From: Acaryochloris thomasi RCC1774
GTDB taxonomy: Bacteria; Cyanobacteriota; Cyanobacteriia; Thermosynechococcales; Thermosynechococcaceae
Direction: 5' to 3'
Length of the DNA stretch: 32,000 bases
Assembly (NCBI RefSeq): GCF_003231495.1
Contig: NZ_PQWO01000003.1
Location: forward strand, 240,001 to 272,000
The notes beneath the pieces were generated by a model, which was not told the DNA's origin, ran no database searches, and saw nothing but the letters and a program-made list of their open reading frames with translations. The position numbers and the translations under genes were made by a program. Of the stretch, positions 15,448 through 26,421 are shown piece by piece (the first letter of the stretch is position 1; each line of letters starts with the position of its first letter).

Positions 15448-17877
15448 ATGCGGATCTCTCTCAACTGGCTCAAAACCCTAGTCCCCGTTACGCTCCCCCC
15501 TGAAGAACTAGGCGAGAAGCTAACGATGGTTGGGTTTGAAGTAGAAGATATTGAAGATCGCCGCACCTGGGCCGATGGCGTTGTCGTGGGTAAAGTCCTG
15601 ACCTGCGAACCCCATCCCAATGCCGATAAGCTGCGGGTCTGCACCGTCGATATCGGAGCAGACGAGCCATCCCAGATTGTTTGTGGTGCCCCTAATGTCG
15701 CCGCAGGGCTTCACGTTCCCGTCGCCACAGTCGGGACTCGATTGCCCAGCATGGGTATCAAAATCAAGAAAGCAAAGCTTCGAGGTGTGCCTTCCCACGG
15801 CATGATTTGCTCTCTAACGGAGCTGGGTCTAGAAACTGATATAGACGGTATTCATAGCTTTTGTTCTGATGTAAATGCAGGAGATGACGTCCGTCCCCTG
15901 CTCGGACTCGACGATGTAATTCTTGACCTGACCTCCACCGCCAACCGTGCGGATGCTCTAAGCATGGTGGGGGTCGCCCGGGAGGTCTCAGCTCTCACTG
16001 GGGCAGAAGTCACACTGCCCGAGATCCCGGACGTAAAAATTCCGCAGGGGAAAAAAGAAGTTGAGGTGAGCATTGCCGCCCCTGAGACTTGCTCCGCCTA
16101 CATGGCCACAATCGTTAAAAATGTCACTGTTGGACCTTCTCCCGACTGGCTGAAGCAGCGATTACTAGCGGCGGGGACTCGCCCCATTAATAACGTAGTG
16201 GATATCACAAACTATATTTTGCTGGAGTGGGGACAGCCCCTTCATGCCTTTGATGCTGAAGCTTTACCCCAGAAAAAGGGCCTCTCGCTGGGAGTCAGGT
16301 TTGCTAAGGAAGGAGAAGAGCTAAAAACCCTGGATGGGGAGATGCGATCGCAAACCCCCACTAGCCTCATGATTACCGCCGCCGATCAGCCCATAGCCCT
16401 CGCCGGAATCATGGGTGGTGAAGAGAGTGAAGTCAAAAACACCACCAATACAATTGTCCTAGAAGCAGCCCTCTTTGACGCCCTCACCGTGCGCCGATCT
16501 GCGCGTCCCCACAGCCTCCGTACCGAAGCCTCGGCCCGCTATGAGCGGGGCGTCAATGAAACCCAGCTCGATATCGCCTGTAACCATGCCCTCAAGTTGC
16601 TGACTGAGTTAGCCGGTGGACAGGTGACCGCCCAGGCCATTGCCGATCACCGCACCCCCATTCAGCGTTCCATTGAGCTGCGCTTAGATCGCGTCAATCA
16701 AATCCTCGGCCCTGTCAAAGGCTCTGACGGACAGCCCACGTTGCTTAAAGCCAGTGAAGTGACCGAAATTTTAGAGGCGCTGGGGTTCTCCTCAACCGTC
16801 ACCGATCAAATCTGGACTGTTGCCGTACCGCCCCACCGTTACCGAGACATTGAGCGTGAGATTGATCTGATTGAAGAGATTGCTCGCCTCTATGGCTACG
16901 ATCGTTTTTGTGAGACGCTACCGGCAAAAACAGAGCCAGGTTTTTTGCCCCCTGAAGAGAAATTCACGCAGAAACTGCGTCAGGTGATGCGCGGCGCAGG
17001 CTTAACAGAGCTGCTTCACTATTCTTGGGTGAGGCCAAATGAGTCTAAGAATGAAGCGCTTGACGGCATTACCGTGGTCAACCCCCTACTTGTCGAGTTC
17101 TCGGCGCTCCGATCGGAGTTACTCACAGGGCTGCTCAATGCTTTCTCTTATAATCTAGAGCAAGGTAACGGTCCACTGAACGGCTTTGAACTAGGCCGCG
17201 TGTTCTGGAAAGAGGGCGAAGCACTGCGAGAAGCCAACGCCATTGCCGGAATTCTAGGTGGCGACCCCGCCCAAGGCAAATGGATTAGAGGCAAGGATCG
17301 TGACCGTCCCCTCTCTTGGTTTGGAGCCAAAGGCTGCCTAGAGCGAATCTTTGAACAAATGGGCCTCGCGATTGAGTTCCGGGCTGATCCAGGGGATCAC
17401 CGTCTGCATCCAGGGCGTACGGCTTCGCTATGGCTCAATGACAGCGCCTGTGGCCGCTTTGGACAACTGCATCCGCAGCTCTGCCAAGAGCGCGATTTAC
17501 CGGAAGCCACCTACGTCTTTGAACTGCATCAGGATGTGCTGCTCCAGACTGATGCCGATGCAGCAGCAGCCTTTGCCACCTATTCAACCTACCCTGCTGT
17601 TGATCGAGACTTGGCCTTCTTCATTACCACAGAGACACCTGTGCAAAAGATTGAGCAGGTGATCTGGAAAGCTGCTAAAAGCGGGCAGCTCCTAGACTCA
17701 GTGGAGCTATTTGATGAATATCGAGGTGATTCAGTCCCCGAGGGGCAAAGAAGCTTGGCGTTTCGCCTAATCTACCGGGCTGAGGATCGCACCCTCACCG
17801 AAGAAGACGTCACCCCGATCCATGAGCAGGTCCGCAAGGCGCTTGCCGATCAGCTCAACGCTAGCCTTAGGAGTTAG
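15448..17877 (+). CDS. pheT: Phenylalanine--tRNA ligase beta subunit
   Basis: 809-aa ORF with the classic N-terminus MRISLNWLK, a tRNA-binding (EMAP/OB) domain (HPNADKLRVC.VD), B3/4 and B5 regions, and the C-terminal FDEYRG...SLAFRL anticodon-binding-like domain. Confidence 0.95.
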   Translation: MRISLNWLKTLVPVTLPPEELGEKLTMVGFEVEDIEDRRTWADGVVVGKVLTCEPHPNADKLRVCTVDIGADEPSQIVCGAPNVAAGLHVPVATVGTRLPSMGIKIKKAKLRGVPSHGMICSLTELGLETDIDGIHSFCSDVNAGDDVRPLLGLDDVILDLTSTANRADALSMVGVAREVSALTGAEVTLPEIPDVKIPQGKKEVEVSIAAPETCSAYMATIVKNVTVGPSPDWLKQRLLAAGTRPINNVVDITNYILLEWGQPLHAFDAEALPQKKGLSLGVRFAKEGEELKTLDGEMRSQTPTSLMITAADQPIALAGIMGGEESEVKNTTNTIVLEAALFDALTVRRSARPHSLRTEASARYERGVNETQLDIACNHALKLLTELAGGQVTAQAIADHRTPIQRSIELRLDRVNQILGPVKGSDGQPTLLKASEVTEILEALGFSSTVTDQIWTVAVPPHRYRDIEREIDLIEEIARLYGYDRFCETLPAKTEPGFLPPEEKFTQKLRQVMRGAGLTELLHYSWVRPNESKNEALDGITVVNPLLVEFSALRSELLTGLLNAFSYNLEQGNGPLNGFELGRVFWKEGEALREANAIAGILGGDPAQGKWIRGKDRDRPLSWFGAKGCLERIFEQMGLAIEFRADPGDHRLHPGRTASLWLNDSACGRFGQLHPQLCQERDLPEATYVFELHQDVLLQTDADAAAAFATYSTYPAVDRDLAFFITTETPVQKIEQVIWKAAKSGQLLDSVELFDEYRGDSVPEGQRSLAFRLIYRAEDRTLTEEDVTPIHEQVRKALADQLNASLRS

Positions 17878-18292
17878 GCTTAACCACCATCACCGAGCAG
17901 TGGGCTTCACTCACCACTTGACTGCTGACAGATCCCTTGAGAATTCGGTTGACCCCCGTTAATCCTCGGGTGCCAATGACGATCAGTTGAGCTTTGTGGA
18001 TATTTGCTAATCTGACGATTTCCTCGGCGGGATCACCGGCCACGATCTCTAGCTCTGTCTGACAGGAGAGCTCTTCTTGGCGTGTTTTAAGTCGCTGCTC
18101 TATTTGACGGTAGAGGCCCTGTGGATCGTTCGAAGGGCGATCTGCGGGCTGATCGAGCATGGACTCAGAGGACGGCATTACATGGGTCAAAATGACCTGA
18201 TCAGAGGGCTGCAGCTTGATTTGAGTCACTGCCTGCATAATTTGCTCTGACAATTCAGGGTTATCCAGGGCTACCAAGATGGTCTGGAACAC
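17867..18292 (-). CDS. Universal stress protein (UspA family)
   Basis: 141 aa from the GTG at 18290-18292, preceded by AAGGAG with 7-nt spacing. FQTILVALD start and the C-terminal LIVIGTRGLTGV...GSVSSQVV..A.CSVMVV motif. The ORF-track extension to 18388 would overlap hisD and lacks Usp homology. Confidence 0.8.
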   Translation of the reverse strand: MFQTILVALDNPELSEQIMQAVTQIKLQPSDQVILTHVMPSSESMLDQPADRPSNDPQGLYRQIEQRLKTRQEELSCQTELEIVAGDPAEEIVRLANIHKAQLIVIGTRGLTGVNRILKGSVSSQVVSEAHCSVMVVKPNS

Positions 18293-18365
18293 GCGAAATC
18301 TCCTTTGCAGAGCAATAGAAAGCGATTGGCTGTCACTTCTATCATCTGAGTCTAAGCGAAGGGCG

Positions 18366-19694
18366 TCAATTGCTCTCCCCAATTGCATCGGAATCTAATG
18401 GGTTGTGCGTTCTTAAACGCACGGAGTCTCCATGGGAAGGTAGGCCTTCAGCCTGGGTTAGCAGGTCAATGTCACCGGCAATTTTATGCAGGGCCTCAGG
18501 GGAGTATTGAATGAGACTGGAATGTTTCATAAATGTCTCTACACCTAAAGCCGAGGCGTAGCGTGCGGCCCCAGAGGTGGGTAGGGTATGGTTGGGGCCT
18601 GCTAGGTAATCACCCACGGCTTCGGGGGTGTGATTACCCAAAAAGATGGCGCCAGCATGGCGAATAGATTCCAGAAGATCCCAGGGTTCAGCAACCTCTA
18701 GCTCTAAATGCTCAGGTGCGAATTGGTTAGAGAGCTGGGCAGCAGTCTCTAGATCTTCGACCACGATCGCAATACCGTAGTGGGCGATCGCTTTTTCTGT
18801 CAGCGTCCGTCGCGTGTGGTTTTCAAGCTGTTCTTTAACCTCCAGTACTACTTTGTTGGCGAGGGCAGCATCGGTGGTGATTAAAATCGCCGCCGCCATT
18901 GGATCATGTTCAGCTTGCGCCAGTAGATCTGCCGCGACGTAGGTCGGATTGGCGGTGTGATCGGCAATAATCAGCACCTCTGAAGGACCGGCTAGGGAGT
19001 CAATGCCAACGGTGCCGTAAACCAGCTTCTTGGCTAGAGTGACGTAGATATTCCCCGGCCCAGAAATAACATCAACTTGAGGGATTGTTTCGGTGCCGTA
19101 GGCTAGGGCCGCAATCGCTTGGGCACCGCCAACGCGGTAAATTTCTTGAATTCCGGCTTCTTGAGCTGCCACTAATACGGCTGCATTCATCTGCTTGTCT
19201 GGTCCAGGTGGCGTGACCATGACGCACCGCTTAACGCCAGCGACGAGCGCAGGCACCGCATTCATTAAGACTGTGCTGGGATAAGAAGCCCGACCGCCGG
19301 GAACGTAAAGGCCGGCTCTGTCTACAGGGGTGTATCGCTTCCCGAGAACGACGTCGTCTTCGGCAAATTGAACCCAGCTAGTGGGTTTGCGCTGTTGATG
19401 GAAGGCTTCGATTTTTTGATGGGCGAGTCGAATGGCGTCCAGCAATCCCTTCGAGATTTGCTGGTAGGCTGCATCTAGCTCGGCTCCGCTCACGCGCAGC
19501 TCGTCCACCGTTAATGTCTGTTTATCAAATTCAGACGTGTAGCGGAGCAGGGCGTGATCGCCCTGACGCTTAACGGTTTGCAATACTTCGCGAACCGTGG
19601 CTTCTTTATGGATAACCTGATCGTCGTGGGTGCGATCGCAAATACGCTGGAGTTCTGTTTGGGCCTCAGCCTGCTGGGTGATAATGCGCAGCAT
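18366..19694 (-). CDS. hisD: Histidinol dehydrogenase
   Basis: 442-aa ORF. Family signatures YVPGG.A.YPSTVLMN.VPA.VAGV, GGAQAIAALAYGTE, IAGPSE, AQAEHD, APEHLEL, GDY.AGPNHVLPT-type motif. Confidence 0.95.
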   Translation of the reverse strand: MLRIITQQAEAQTELQRICDRTHDDQVIHKEATVREVLQTVKRQGDHALLRYTSEFDKQTLTVDELRVSGAELDAAYQQISKGLLDAIRLAHQKIEAFHQQRKPTSWVQFAEDDVVLGKRYTPVDRAGLYVPGGRASYPSTVLMNAVPALVAGVKRCVMVTPPGPDKQMNAAVLVAAQEAGIQEIYRVGGAQAIAALAYGTETIPQVDVISGPGNIYVTLAKKLVYGTVGIDSLAGPSEVLIIADHTANPTYVAADLLAQAEHDPMAAAILITTDAALANKVVLEVKEQLENHTRRTLTEKAIAHYGIAIVVEDLETAAQLSNQFAPEHLELEVAEPWDLLESIRHAGAIFLGNHTPEAVGDYLAGPNHTLPTSGAARYASALGVETFMKHSSLIQYSPEALHKIAGDIDLLTQAEGLPSHGDSVRLRTHNPLDSDAIGESN

Positions 19695-19830
19695 GGATTA
19701 GGAATGCCGGTGAACGTGTTTCCTTAGCTTAGCGCGGATTTTAGAATGGGACTATCGAATCTGGCAACAGGTGTTAAGATACTTATTTGCGTACTTTCGT
19801 ACCTGAACACTTACCCGCCGGAAAGCAACT

Positions 19831-20127
19831 GTGGCCAATATTAAGTCTGCATCAAAGCGCATCAAAATTGCGGAACGTAACCGCCTTGAGAACAAAGCCT
19901 ACAAATCCGCTATCAAAACCTTGTCCAAGCGCTTTTTAGAGGCGCTTGACGAATATGGCACCAAGCCCAGTACAGAGCAAATGACGACCGTAGAAACGAA
20001 GCTATCTGCCGCCTTCAGTAAAATTGACAAGGCTGTCAAGCGAGGCGTCCTACATCGCAATACTGGAGCACGGAAAAAAGCCCGTCTGGCACGAGCTCTA
20101 GCTCAACATACGGCAGCAGCTTCGTAA
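19831..20127 (+). CDS. rpsT: 30S ribosomal protein S20
   Basis: 98 aa with GTG start. [29 protein letters not shown] is the canonical S20 N-terminus; the whole protein is basic and helical. Confidence 0.93.
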   Translation: MANIKSASKRIKIAERNRLENKAYKSAIKTLSKRFLEALDEYGTKPSTEQMTTVETKLSAAFSKIDKAVKRGVLHRNTGARKKARLARALAQHTAAAS

Positions 20128-20185
20128 AGAATGCTTGGCGCTATATGTCGGCGCACTGCTTTAGAATGCTTTGTTTGCGAACTCA

Positions 20186-20998
20186 ATGCACCTGATTGAC
20201 ACTCACGTTCATCTAAATTTTGAAGCCTTTCAGCCTGATCTCAATGAGATTGCTCAGCGCTGGCGAGAATGCGGGATCGTTCGCTTGGTCCACTCCTGTG
20301 TGACGCCTTCCGAATTCCATGCAATTCAGGCTTTAGCCCAGCGGTTTCCTGAGTTGTACTTTGCCGTTGGGCTGCACCCAATGGATATGGAGCAGTGGAC
20401 AACTGATACGGCTAATCGCATTCGTGCGCTGGCCCAGTCAGATTCAAAGGTCGTTGCCATTGGGGAGACCGGGCTAGATTTGTTCAAGGCTCAAGATCAG
20501 GCAGAACAGGAGCTCAGTTTGTGGGCTCACCTGCAAATTGCAAAAGACTTGGGATTGCCCGTGATTCTTCACTGTCGTGACGCAGCCCAGCCGATGGCGG
20601 ATCTACTGCGCCGGTTTTGGGCGCAGCAGGGTCCGGTTACCGGCGTGATGCACTGCTGGAGCGGTACACCAGAAGAAACTCAGATGTTCTTGGACCTCGG
20701 CTTCTACGTTAGTTTTAGCGGTATTGTGACGTTCAAAAATGCCGCGCAGGTACATGCGTCAGCGCAGATGGTGAGTTGCGATCGCATCCTAATCGAAACC
20801 GACTGTCCCTTCTTGACGCCTGAGCCCAAACGCAAGCAGCGCCGCAACGAACCCGCAAACGTTTACCACGTTGCTGAAAAAGTAGCGAAGTTGAGAAACG
20901 TTTCCCTCGAAACCTTGGCCTCCGAAACGACTGCCAACGCCTGCCGCCTCTTTCAGCTTCCAGTACCCACCGAGTCCGCAACCTTAATTCACACCTAG
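20186..20998 (+). CDS. tatD: TatD family metal-dependent hydrolase/deoxyribonuclease
   Basis: 270 aa from the ATG at 20186 ([12 protein letters not shown] is the typical TatD start; the ORF track begins at an upstream TTG). GETGLD, HCRDA, SF.G, ETD.P.L motifs. The tatD-rpoB adjacency is typical of cyanobacteria. Confidence 0.88.
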   Translation: MHLIDTHVHLNFEAFQPDLNEIAQRWRECGIVRLVHSCVTPSEFHAIQALAQRFPELYFAVGLHPMDMEQWTTDTANRIRALAQSDSKVVAIGETGLDLFKAQDQAEQELSLWAHLQIAKDLGLPVILHCRDAAQPMADLLRRFWAQQGPVTGVMHCWSGTPEETQMFLDLGFYVSFSGIVTFKNAAQVHASAQMVSCDRILIETDCPFLTPEPKRKQRRNEPANVYHVAEKVAKLRNVSLETLASETTANACRLFQLPVPTESATLIHT

Positions 20999-21167
20999 AG
21001 TGGCCAACTATCCGACCTAACTAAGCTTTTTGTTCATAGCGCTATCAGATTTATGGTCCTCATATTCCGATAAGACACAAACTTTATATTTCGACAGACC
21101 CAGCCAAGTACAATTGCCTAGAGCCATAGACTAGATATCTACTGGGCGCGACCTCTAGAGGAGACGC

Positions 21168-24100
21168 ATGACTACTACCCTCAACTACACTCAACCCGCT
21201 TTCACCCTGCCTGACCTCGTCGAGATTCAGCGAGAAAGTTTTCGCTCGTTTCTCAAAGAAGGCCTGATCGAAGAGTTAGCTAGCTTCTCGCCCATCACTG
21301 ACTATACTGGCAAAATTGAACTGCACTTTCTCGCTAATAAGTATCGTCTCAAGCGTCCAAAATATGACGTGGATGAGGCCAAGCGTCGGGACAGTACCTA
21401 TGGTGTACAGATGTACGTGCCGACCCGTCTAATCAATAAAGAAACGGGGGAAATTAAAGAGCAGGAGGTCTTCATTGGCGATTTGCCATTAATGACAGAT
21501 CGTGGGACCTTCATCATCAATGGTGCCGAGCGCGTCATCGTTAATCAAATTGTCAGAAGTCCTGGCGTTTACTACAAGTCTGAGATCGACAAAAACGGTC
21601 GTCGCACCTATAACGCTAGCCTCATTCCTAACCGGGGCGCGTGGTTAAAATTTGAAACTGATAAGAACGATCTTGTTTGGGTTCGCATTGATAAAACCCG
21701 TAAGCTCTCAGCCCAGGTTCTTCTCAAGGCCTTGGGGCTCAGCGATGGCGAAATTTTCGATCGTCTCCGCCACCCTGAATATTATCAAAAGACCATTGAT
21801 AAAGAAGGTCAATTTGGTGAAGAAGAAGCTCTCTTAGAGCTATATCGAAAGTTGCGTCCCGGTGAACCACCAACCGTTTCAGGTGGCCAACAGCTCCTAG
21901 ACTCTCGATTCTTTGATCCCAAGCGTTACGACCTCGGTCGCGTCGGTCGTTACAAGCTCAACAAAAAGTTGCGCCTCAATGTCCCTGAGCCAACTCGGGT
22001 TCTAACGCCAGAAGACATTCTGTCAGCCATTGACTATCTGATTAACCTTGAATTTGATATTGGCAGTGTAGACGACATTGACCACCTCGGTAATCGTCGC
22101 GTTCGCTCTGTGGGAGAACTACTGCAGAACCAAGTTCGGGTCGGCCTCAACCGCCTAGAGCGAATTATCAAAGAACGGATGACTGTCTCCGACGTTGAGA
22201 CATTGACACCCGCATCTTTGGTGAATCCTAAGCCTCTTGTGGCCGCGATCAAAGAATTCTTCGGGTCTAGTCAACTGTCTCAGTTCATGGATCAAACCAA
22301 TCCATTGGCAGAGCTAACTCACAAACGACGACTCAGTGCCCTCGGTCCCGGCGGTCTGACTCGCGAACGGGCTGGCTTCGCCGTTCGAGATATTCACCCC
22401 AGTCACTACGGTCGTATCTGCCCGATTGAGACTCCAGAAGGACCAAACGCAGGGCTGATTGGCTCCCTCGCCACCCATGCCCGCGTTAATCCCTACGGAT
22501 TCATCGAGACCCCCTTCTATCCGGTAGAAAATGGGCGGATTCTCAAAGACCAGTCCCAGTATATGACCGCAGACGAAGAGGATGACCTACAGGTTGCTCC
22601 TGGAGACATTACCGTAGACGAAAACGGATACATTCAGGGTGAGATCGTTCCCGTTCGCTTTCGCCAAGACTTTACGGAAACCTCTCCCACAGAAGTAGAT
22701 TACGTGGCGGTTTCCCCTGTTCAGATCATCTCAGTAGCCACATCGCTGATTCCTTTTCTGGAACACGATGACGCCAACCGCGCCTTAATGGGGTCAAACA
22801 TGCAGCGTCAGGCTGTCCCTCTCCTGCGCCCCGAGCGTCCGCTAGTGGGGACAGGCTTAGAAGCGCAGGCCGCCCGAGATTCAGGGATGGTGATTATCAG
22901 TAGAGCTGATGGTGTCGTCACCTATGTTTCTGCCAAACTGATCCGTATTCAGGATGATGAAGGGCAAGAGACCTCCTACATACTGCAGAAATATCAGCGG
23001 TCCAATCAAGATACCTGCTTGAATCAGCGCCCCATTGTATTTACGGGCGACCGCGTTCGCGTCGGTCAAATTATTGCTGATGGTTCCGCTACCGAAGGGG
23101 GAGAACTCGCCCTTGGCCAAAACATCACCGTCGCCTATATGCCCTGGGAAGGTTACAACTACGAGGATGCAATCCTTGTCAGTGAACGCCTCGTCCGTGA
23201 TGACATTTACACCTCGATTCACATTGAAAAATTTGAAATTGAGGCTCGTCAGACCAAGCTGGGTCCAGAGGAAATCACCCGCGAAATCCCTAACGTCGGT
23301 GAAGACTCCCTGCGTCAGCTTGATGAGAACGGCATCATTCGCACTGGAGCCTGGGTCGAAGCCGGAGATATTCTGGTGGGTAAGGTCACCCCCAAAGGTG
23401 AATCAGACCAGCCCCCTGAAGAAAAGCTACTGCGTGCCATCTTCGGTGAAAAAGCCCGAGATGTTCGCGATAACTCCCTTCGAGTCCCCAACGGAGAAAA
23501 AGGTCGTGTCGTTGATGTACGTGTCTTTACTCGCGAGCAAGGCGATGAACTTCCACCGGGAGCAAATATGGTTGTCCGCGTTTATGTTGCCCAGAAACGT
23601 AAAATTCAAGTGGGCGATAAAATGGCCGGTCGCCACGGGAATAAAGGAATTATTTCTCGCATCCTGCCCGTCGAAGATATGCCTTACTTAGCTGATGGTT
23701 CCCCCGTTGATCTGGTCCTCAATCCATTGGGTGTCCCTTCTCGGATGAATGTCGGACAGGTCTTTGAGTGCCTTCTAGGCTGGGCCGGCGAGAATCTCAG
23801 CATGCGTTTCAAGATGATTCCCTTTGATGAAATGCATGGTGAAGAAGCCTCGCGCATGACTGTTCATGGCAAATTAGCAGAGGCACGAGAGACTACAGGG
23901 AAAGACTGGTTATTTAATCCTGACCAGCCAGGCAAGCTTAAGGTCTTTGACGGTCGTACCGGAGAAGCTTTTGACCAGCCAGTGACTGTAGGCAAAGCCT
24001 ATATGTTGAAACTGGTTCACCTCGTGGATGACAAGATTCATGCTCGCTCCACTGGCCCCTACTCTCTCGTCACGCAGCAGCCTTTGGGCGGTAAAGCTCA

Positions 24101-24470
24101 GCAAGGCGGACAGCGATTTGGAGAGATGGAGGTGTGGGCACTTGAAGCCTTTGGAGCCGCCTATACTCTGCAAGAACTGTTAACCGTCAAGTCAGACGAT
24201 ATGCAGGGCCGTAATGAAGCCTTGAATGCGATCGTTAAAGGCCAAGCGATTCCTCGACCGGGCACGCCTGAGTCCTTCAAGGTATTGATGCGAGAACTAC
24301 AATCTCTCTGTCTCGATATTGCCGTACACAAGTTAGACACTGATGACGACGGCGTTAGCCGCGATTCAGAAGTTGATCTGATGGCTGATGTCAGTAATCG
24401 CCGCACGCCTTCACGCCCCACTTACGAGTCCTTTTCCCGAGTTGAAGAAGGAGAATCCTCCGGCGTTTAA
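21168..24470 (+). CDS. rpoB: DNA-directed RNA polymerase subunit beta
   Basis: 1100-aa ORF, GAGGAG SD 6 nt upstream. Universal beta motifs ([52 protein letters not shown]). Confidence 0.98.
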   Translation: MTTTLNYTQPAFTLPDLVEIQRESFRSFLKEGLIEELASFSPITDYTGKIELHFLANKYRLKRPKYDVDEAKRRDSTYGVQMYVPTRLINKETGEIKEQEVFIGDLPLMTDRGTFIINGAERVIVNQIVRSPGVYYKSEIDKNGRRTYNASLIPNRGAWLKFETDKNDLVWVRIDKTRKLSAQVLLKALGLSDGEIFDRLRHPEYYQKTIDKEGQFGEEEALLELYRKLRPGEPPTVSGGQQLLDSRFFDPKRYDLGRVGRYKLNKKLRLNVPEPTRVLTPEDILSAIDYLINLEFDIGSVDDIDHLGNRRVRSVGELLQNQVRVGLNRLERIIKERMTVSDVETLTPASLVNPKPLVAAIKEFFGSSQLSQFMDQTNPLAELTHKRRLSALGPGGLTRERAGFAVRDIHPSHYGRICPIETPEGPNAGLIGSLATHARVNPYGFIETPFYPVENGRILKDQSQYMTADEEDDLQVAPGDITVDENGYIQGEIVPVRFRQDFTETSPTEVDYVAVSPVQIISVATSLIPFLEHDDANRALMGSNMQRQAVPLLRPERPLVGTGLEAQAARDSGMVIISRADGVVTYVSAKLIRIQDDEGQETSYILQKYQRSNQDTCLNQRPIVFTGDRVRVGQIIADGSATEGGELALGQNITVAYMPWEGYNYEDAILVSERLVRDDIYTSIHIEKFEIEARQTKLGPEEITREIPNVGEDSLRQLDENGIIRTGAWVEAGDILVGKVTPKGESDQPPEEKLLRAIFGEKARDVRDNSLRVPNGEKGRVVDVRVFTREQGDELPPGANMVVRVYVAQKRKIQVGDKMAGRHGNKGIISRILPVEDMPYLADGSPVDLVLNPLGVPSRMNVGQVFECLLGWAGENLSMRFKMIPFDEMHGEEASRMTVHGKLAEARETTGKDWLFNPDQPGKLKVFDGRTGEAFDQPVTVGKAYMLKLVHLVDDKIHARSTGPYSLVTQQPLGGKAQQGGQRFGEMEVWALEAFGAAYTLQELLTVKSDDMQGRNEALNAIVKGQAIPRPGTPESFKVLMRELQSLCLDIAVHKLDTDDDGVSRDSEVDLMADVSNRRTPSRPTYESFSRVEEGESSGV

Positions 24471-24530
24471 GCAACACCACATTGACTAACCTAAAGTACC
24501 AGCAAGAACAAGAAAAGGAAGCTTGAAGCA

Positions 24531-26405
24531 ATGCCAAAGCTAGAACAGCGGTTTGACTATGTAAAAATCGGTCTGGCTTCTCCAGAGCGGATTCGCCAGT
24601 GGGGAGAGCGGGCCTTACCCAACGGTCAAGTTGTCGGAGAGGTTACCAAGCCAGAAACAATCAACTATCGAACTCTCAAGCCAGAGATGGACGGGCTTTT
24701 TTGTGAACGCATTTTTGGTCCCGCGAAGGACTGGGAATGCCACTGCGGCAAATACAAGCGCGTCCGCCACCGAGGTATTGTCTGCGAACGCTGTGGCGTT
24801 GAAGTCACAGAATCGCGGGTGAGACGGCACCGAATGGGTTATATCAAATTAGCCGCCCCAGTCACGCATGTCTGGTACCTCAAAGGTATTCCTAGCTACA
24901 TGGCAACGTTGCTGGATATGCCGCTGAGAGACGTAGAGCAGATTGTTTATTTCAATGCCTACGTCGTTCTCAATGCAGGCAACTCCGACACGCTGACCTA
25001 CAAGCAACTACTAACTGAAGATCAGTGGATTGAGATTGAAGATCAGATATACAGTGAAGACTCTGAACTTTCTGGCATTGAAGTCGGGATTGGTGCGGAA
25101 GCCATTCAACAGCTACTTCAGGATATCAATTTAGAATCAGAGGCCGAACAACTCCGCGAAGACATCACCAACTCAAAAGGGCAGAAGCGCGCCAAGCTGA
25201 TCAAGCGGCTGCGGGTTATTGACAATTTTGTGGGAACAGGCGCTCAGCCTGATTGGATGGTCCTCAGCGTCATTCCGGTGATTCCGCCTGACTTGAGACC
25301 TATGGTGCAGCTAGATGGTGGCCGATTTGCTACCTCTGACCTCAATGATCTGTATCGACGAGTCATTAACCGCAACAATCGTCTAGCACGGCTCCAAGAA
25401 ATCCTCGCTCCTGAGATTATTGTTCGTAATGAAAAGCGAATGCTGCAGGAGGCGGTGGATGCTCTGATCGATAATGGCCGTCGTGGTCGCACCGTTGTGG
25501 GTGCAAACAACAGACCCCTGAAGTCGCTGTCAGACATTATCGAAGGTAAGCAAGGGCGCTTCCGACAGAATCTATTGGGTAAGCGGGTTGATTACTCTGG
25601 ACGTTCCGTCATTGTGGTGGGGCCTAAGCTGAAGATCCACCAGTGCGGTCTCCCCAAGGAAATGGCAATTGAGCTTTTTCAGCCTTTCGTTATTCATCGA
25701 TTGATTCGTCAGGGCTTGGTCAACAATATCAAGGCTGCTAAGCGCTTGATCCAGCGGAATGATCCGGTCATTTGGGATGTTCTAGAAGAAGTGATTGAAG
25801 GCCACCCGGTTATGCTGAACCGGGCACCCACTCTTCACCGCCTCGGGATTCAAGCCTTCGAGCCACTCCTAGTCGATGGTCGAGCTATTCAGCTCCACCC
25901 CCTTGTCTGTCCAGCTTTCAACGCTGACTTCGACGGAGATCAGATGGCGGTTCATGTTCCACTATCCATCGAGTCTCAATCAGAGGCTCGGCTGCTGATG
26001 TTGGCGTCTAACAATATCTTGTCTCCAGCAACGGGGCGTCCCATCGTTACCCCTAGTCAAGACATGGTACTGGGTTGCTACTACCTCACTGCTGAAAATC
26101 CTGATCAGCAAAAGGGAGCTGGGAAGTATTACGCCAGTCTTGACGATGCAATTATGGCCTATGAACAGCGACAAGTTGATCTCCATGCCTATGTATGGGT
26201 TCGGTTCGACGGACCCGTCGATGATAGTGATGATGATGCCGAACCCAACGTTGACAACGGCGACGATGGCAGTGTCACGTACACCTACCCATCTCGACGT
26301 GTACGAAAGGATGCTGAGGGAGAACTCCTATCGCAATATATCCGCACAACCCCTGGTCGCATGATTTACAACAAGACCATTCAAGATTCCCTGTTGGCTA
26401 GTTAA
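24531..26405 (+). CDS. rpoC1: DNA-directed RNA polymerase subunit gamma (N-terminal half of beta-prime, cyanobacterial split)
   Basis: 624-aa ORF. Zn-finger [21 protein letters not shown] catalytic motif. It ends where bacterial beta-prime normally continues, and the next gene supplies the remainder. Confidence 0.98.
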   Translation: MPKLEQRFDYVKIGLASPERIRQWGERALPNGQVVGEVTKPETINYRTLKPEMDGLFCERIFGPAKDWECHCGKYKRVRHRGIVCERCGVEVTESRVRRHRMGYIKLAAPVTHVWYLKGIPSYMATLLDMPLRDVEQIVYFNAYVVLNAGNSDTLTYKQLLTEDQWIEIEDQIYSEDSELSGIEVGIGAEAIQQLLQDINLESEAEQLREDITNSKGQKRAKLIKRLRVIDNFVGTGAQPDWMVLSVIPVIPPDLRPMVQLDGGRFATSDLNDLYRRVINRNNRLARLQEILAPEIIVRNEKRMLQEAVDALIDNGRRGRTVVGANNRPLKSLSDIIEGKQGRFRQNLLGKRVDYSGRSVIVVGPKLKIHQCGLPKEMAIELFQPFVIHRLIRQGLVNNIKAAKRLIQRNDPVIWDVLEEVIEGHPVMLNRAPTLHRLGIQAFEPLLVDGRAIQLHPLVCPAFNADFDGDQMAVHVPLSIESQSEARLLMLASNNILSPATGRPIVTPSQDMVLGCYYLTAENPDQQKGAGKYYASLDDAIMAYEQRQVDLHAYVWVRFDGPVDDSDDDAEPNVDNGDDGSVTYTYPSRRVRKDAEGELLSQYIRTTPGRMIYNKTIQDSLLAS

Positions 26406-26421
26406 GGTAGAGGCGCACATT

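Noticed and set aside
18293-18388. N-terminal extension of the Usp ORF given in the ORF track, and similar upstream extensions for pcyA (12649-12690), hpf (14444-14467), mpg (8003-8020), tatD (20171-20185) and the zinc-ribbon gene (6974-7009)
   Set aside because: The extensions begin at weaker or alternative codons, add residues absent from the family N-termini I recall, and in the Usp case overlap hisD. Downstream starts have better SD context or a better homology fit.
19791-19802. GTACTTTCGTAC upstream of rpsT, considered as an NtcA (GTA-N8-TAC) or LexA-like box
   Set aside because: The spacing is N6 rather than N8 for NtcA, and the central base violates the cyanobacterial LexA consensus I recall, so there is not enough to call a site.
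23035-23691. 218-aa ORF on the same strand as rpoB, in a different frame
   Set aside because: It lies entirely within the highly conserved rpoB coding frame. Its composition is low-complexity and Ser/Pro/Lys-biased, typical of an off-frame read-through, and it has no independent start context. The stop-free frame is most likely a by-product of rpoB codon usage.
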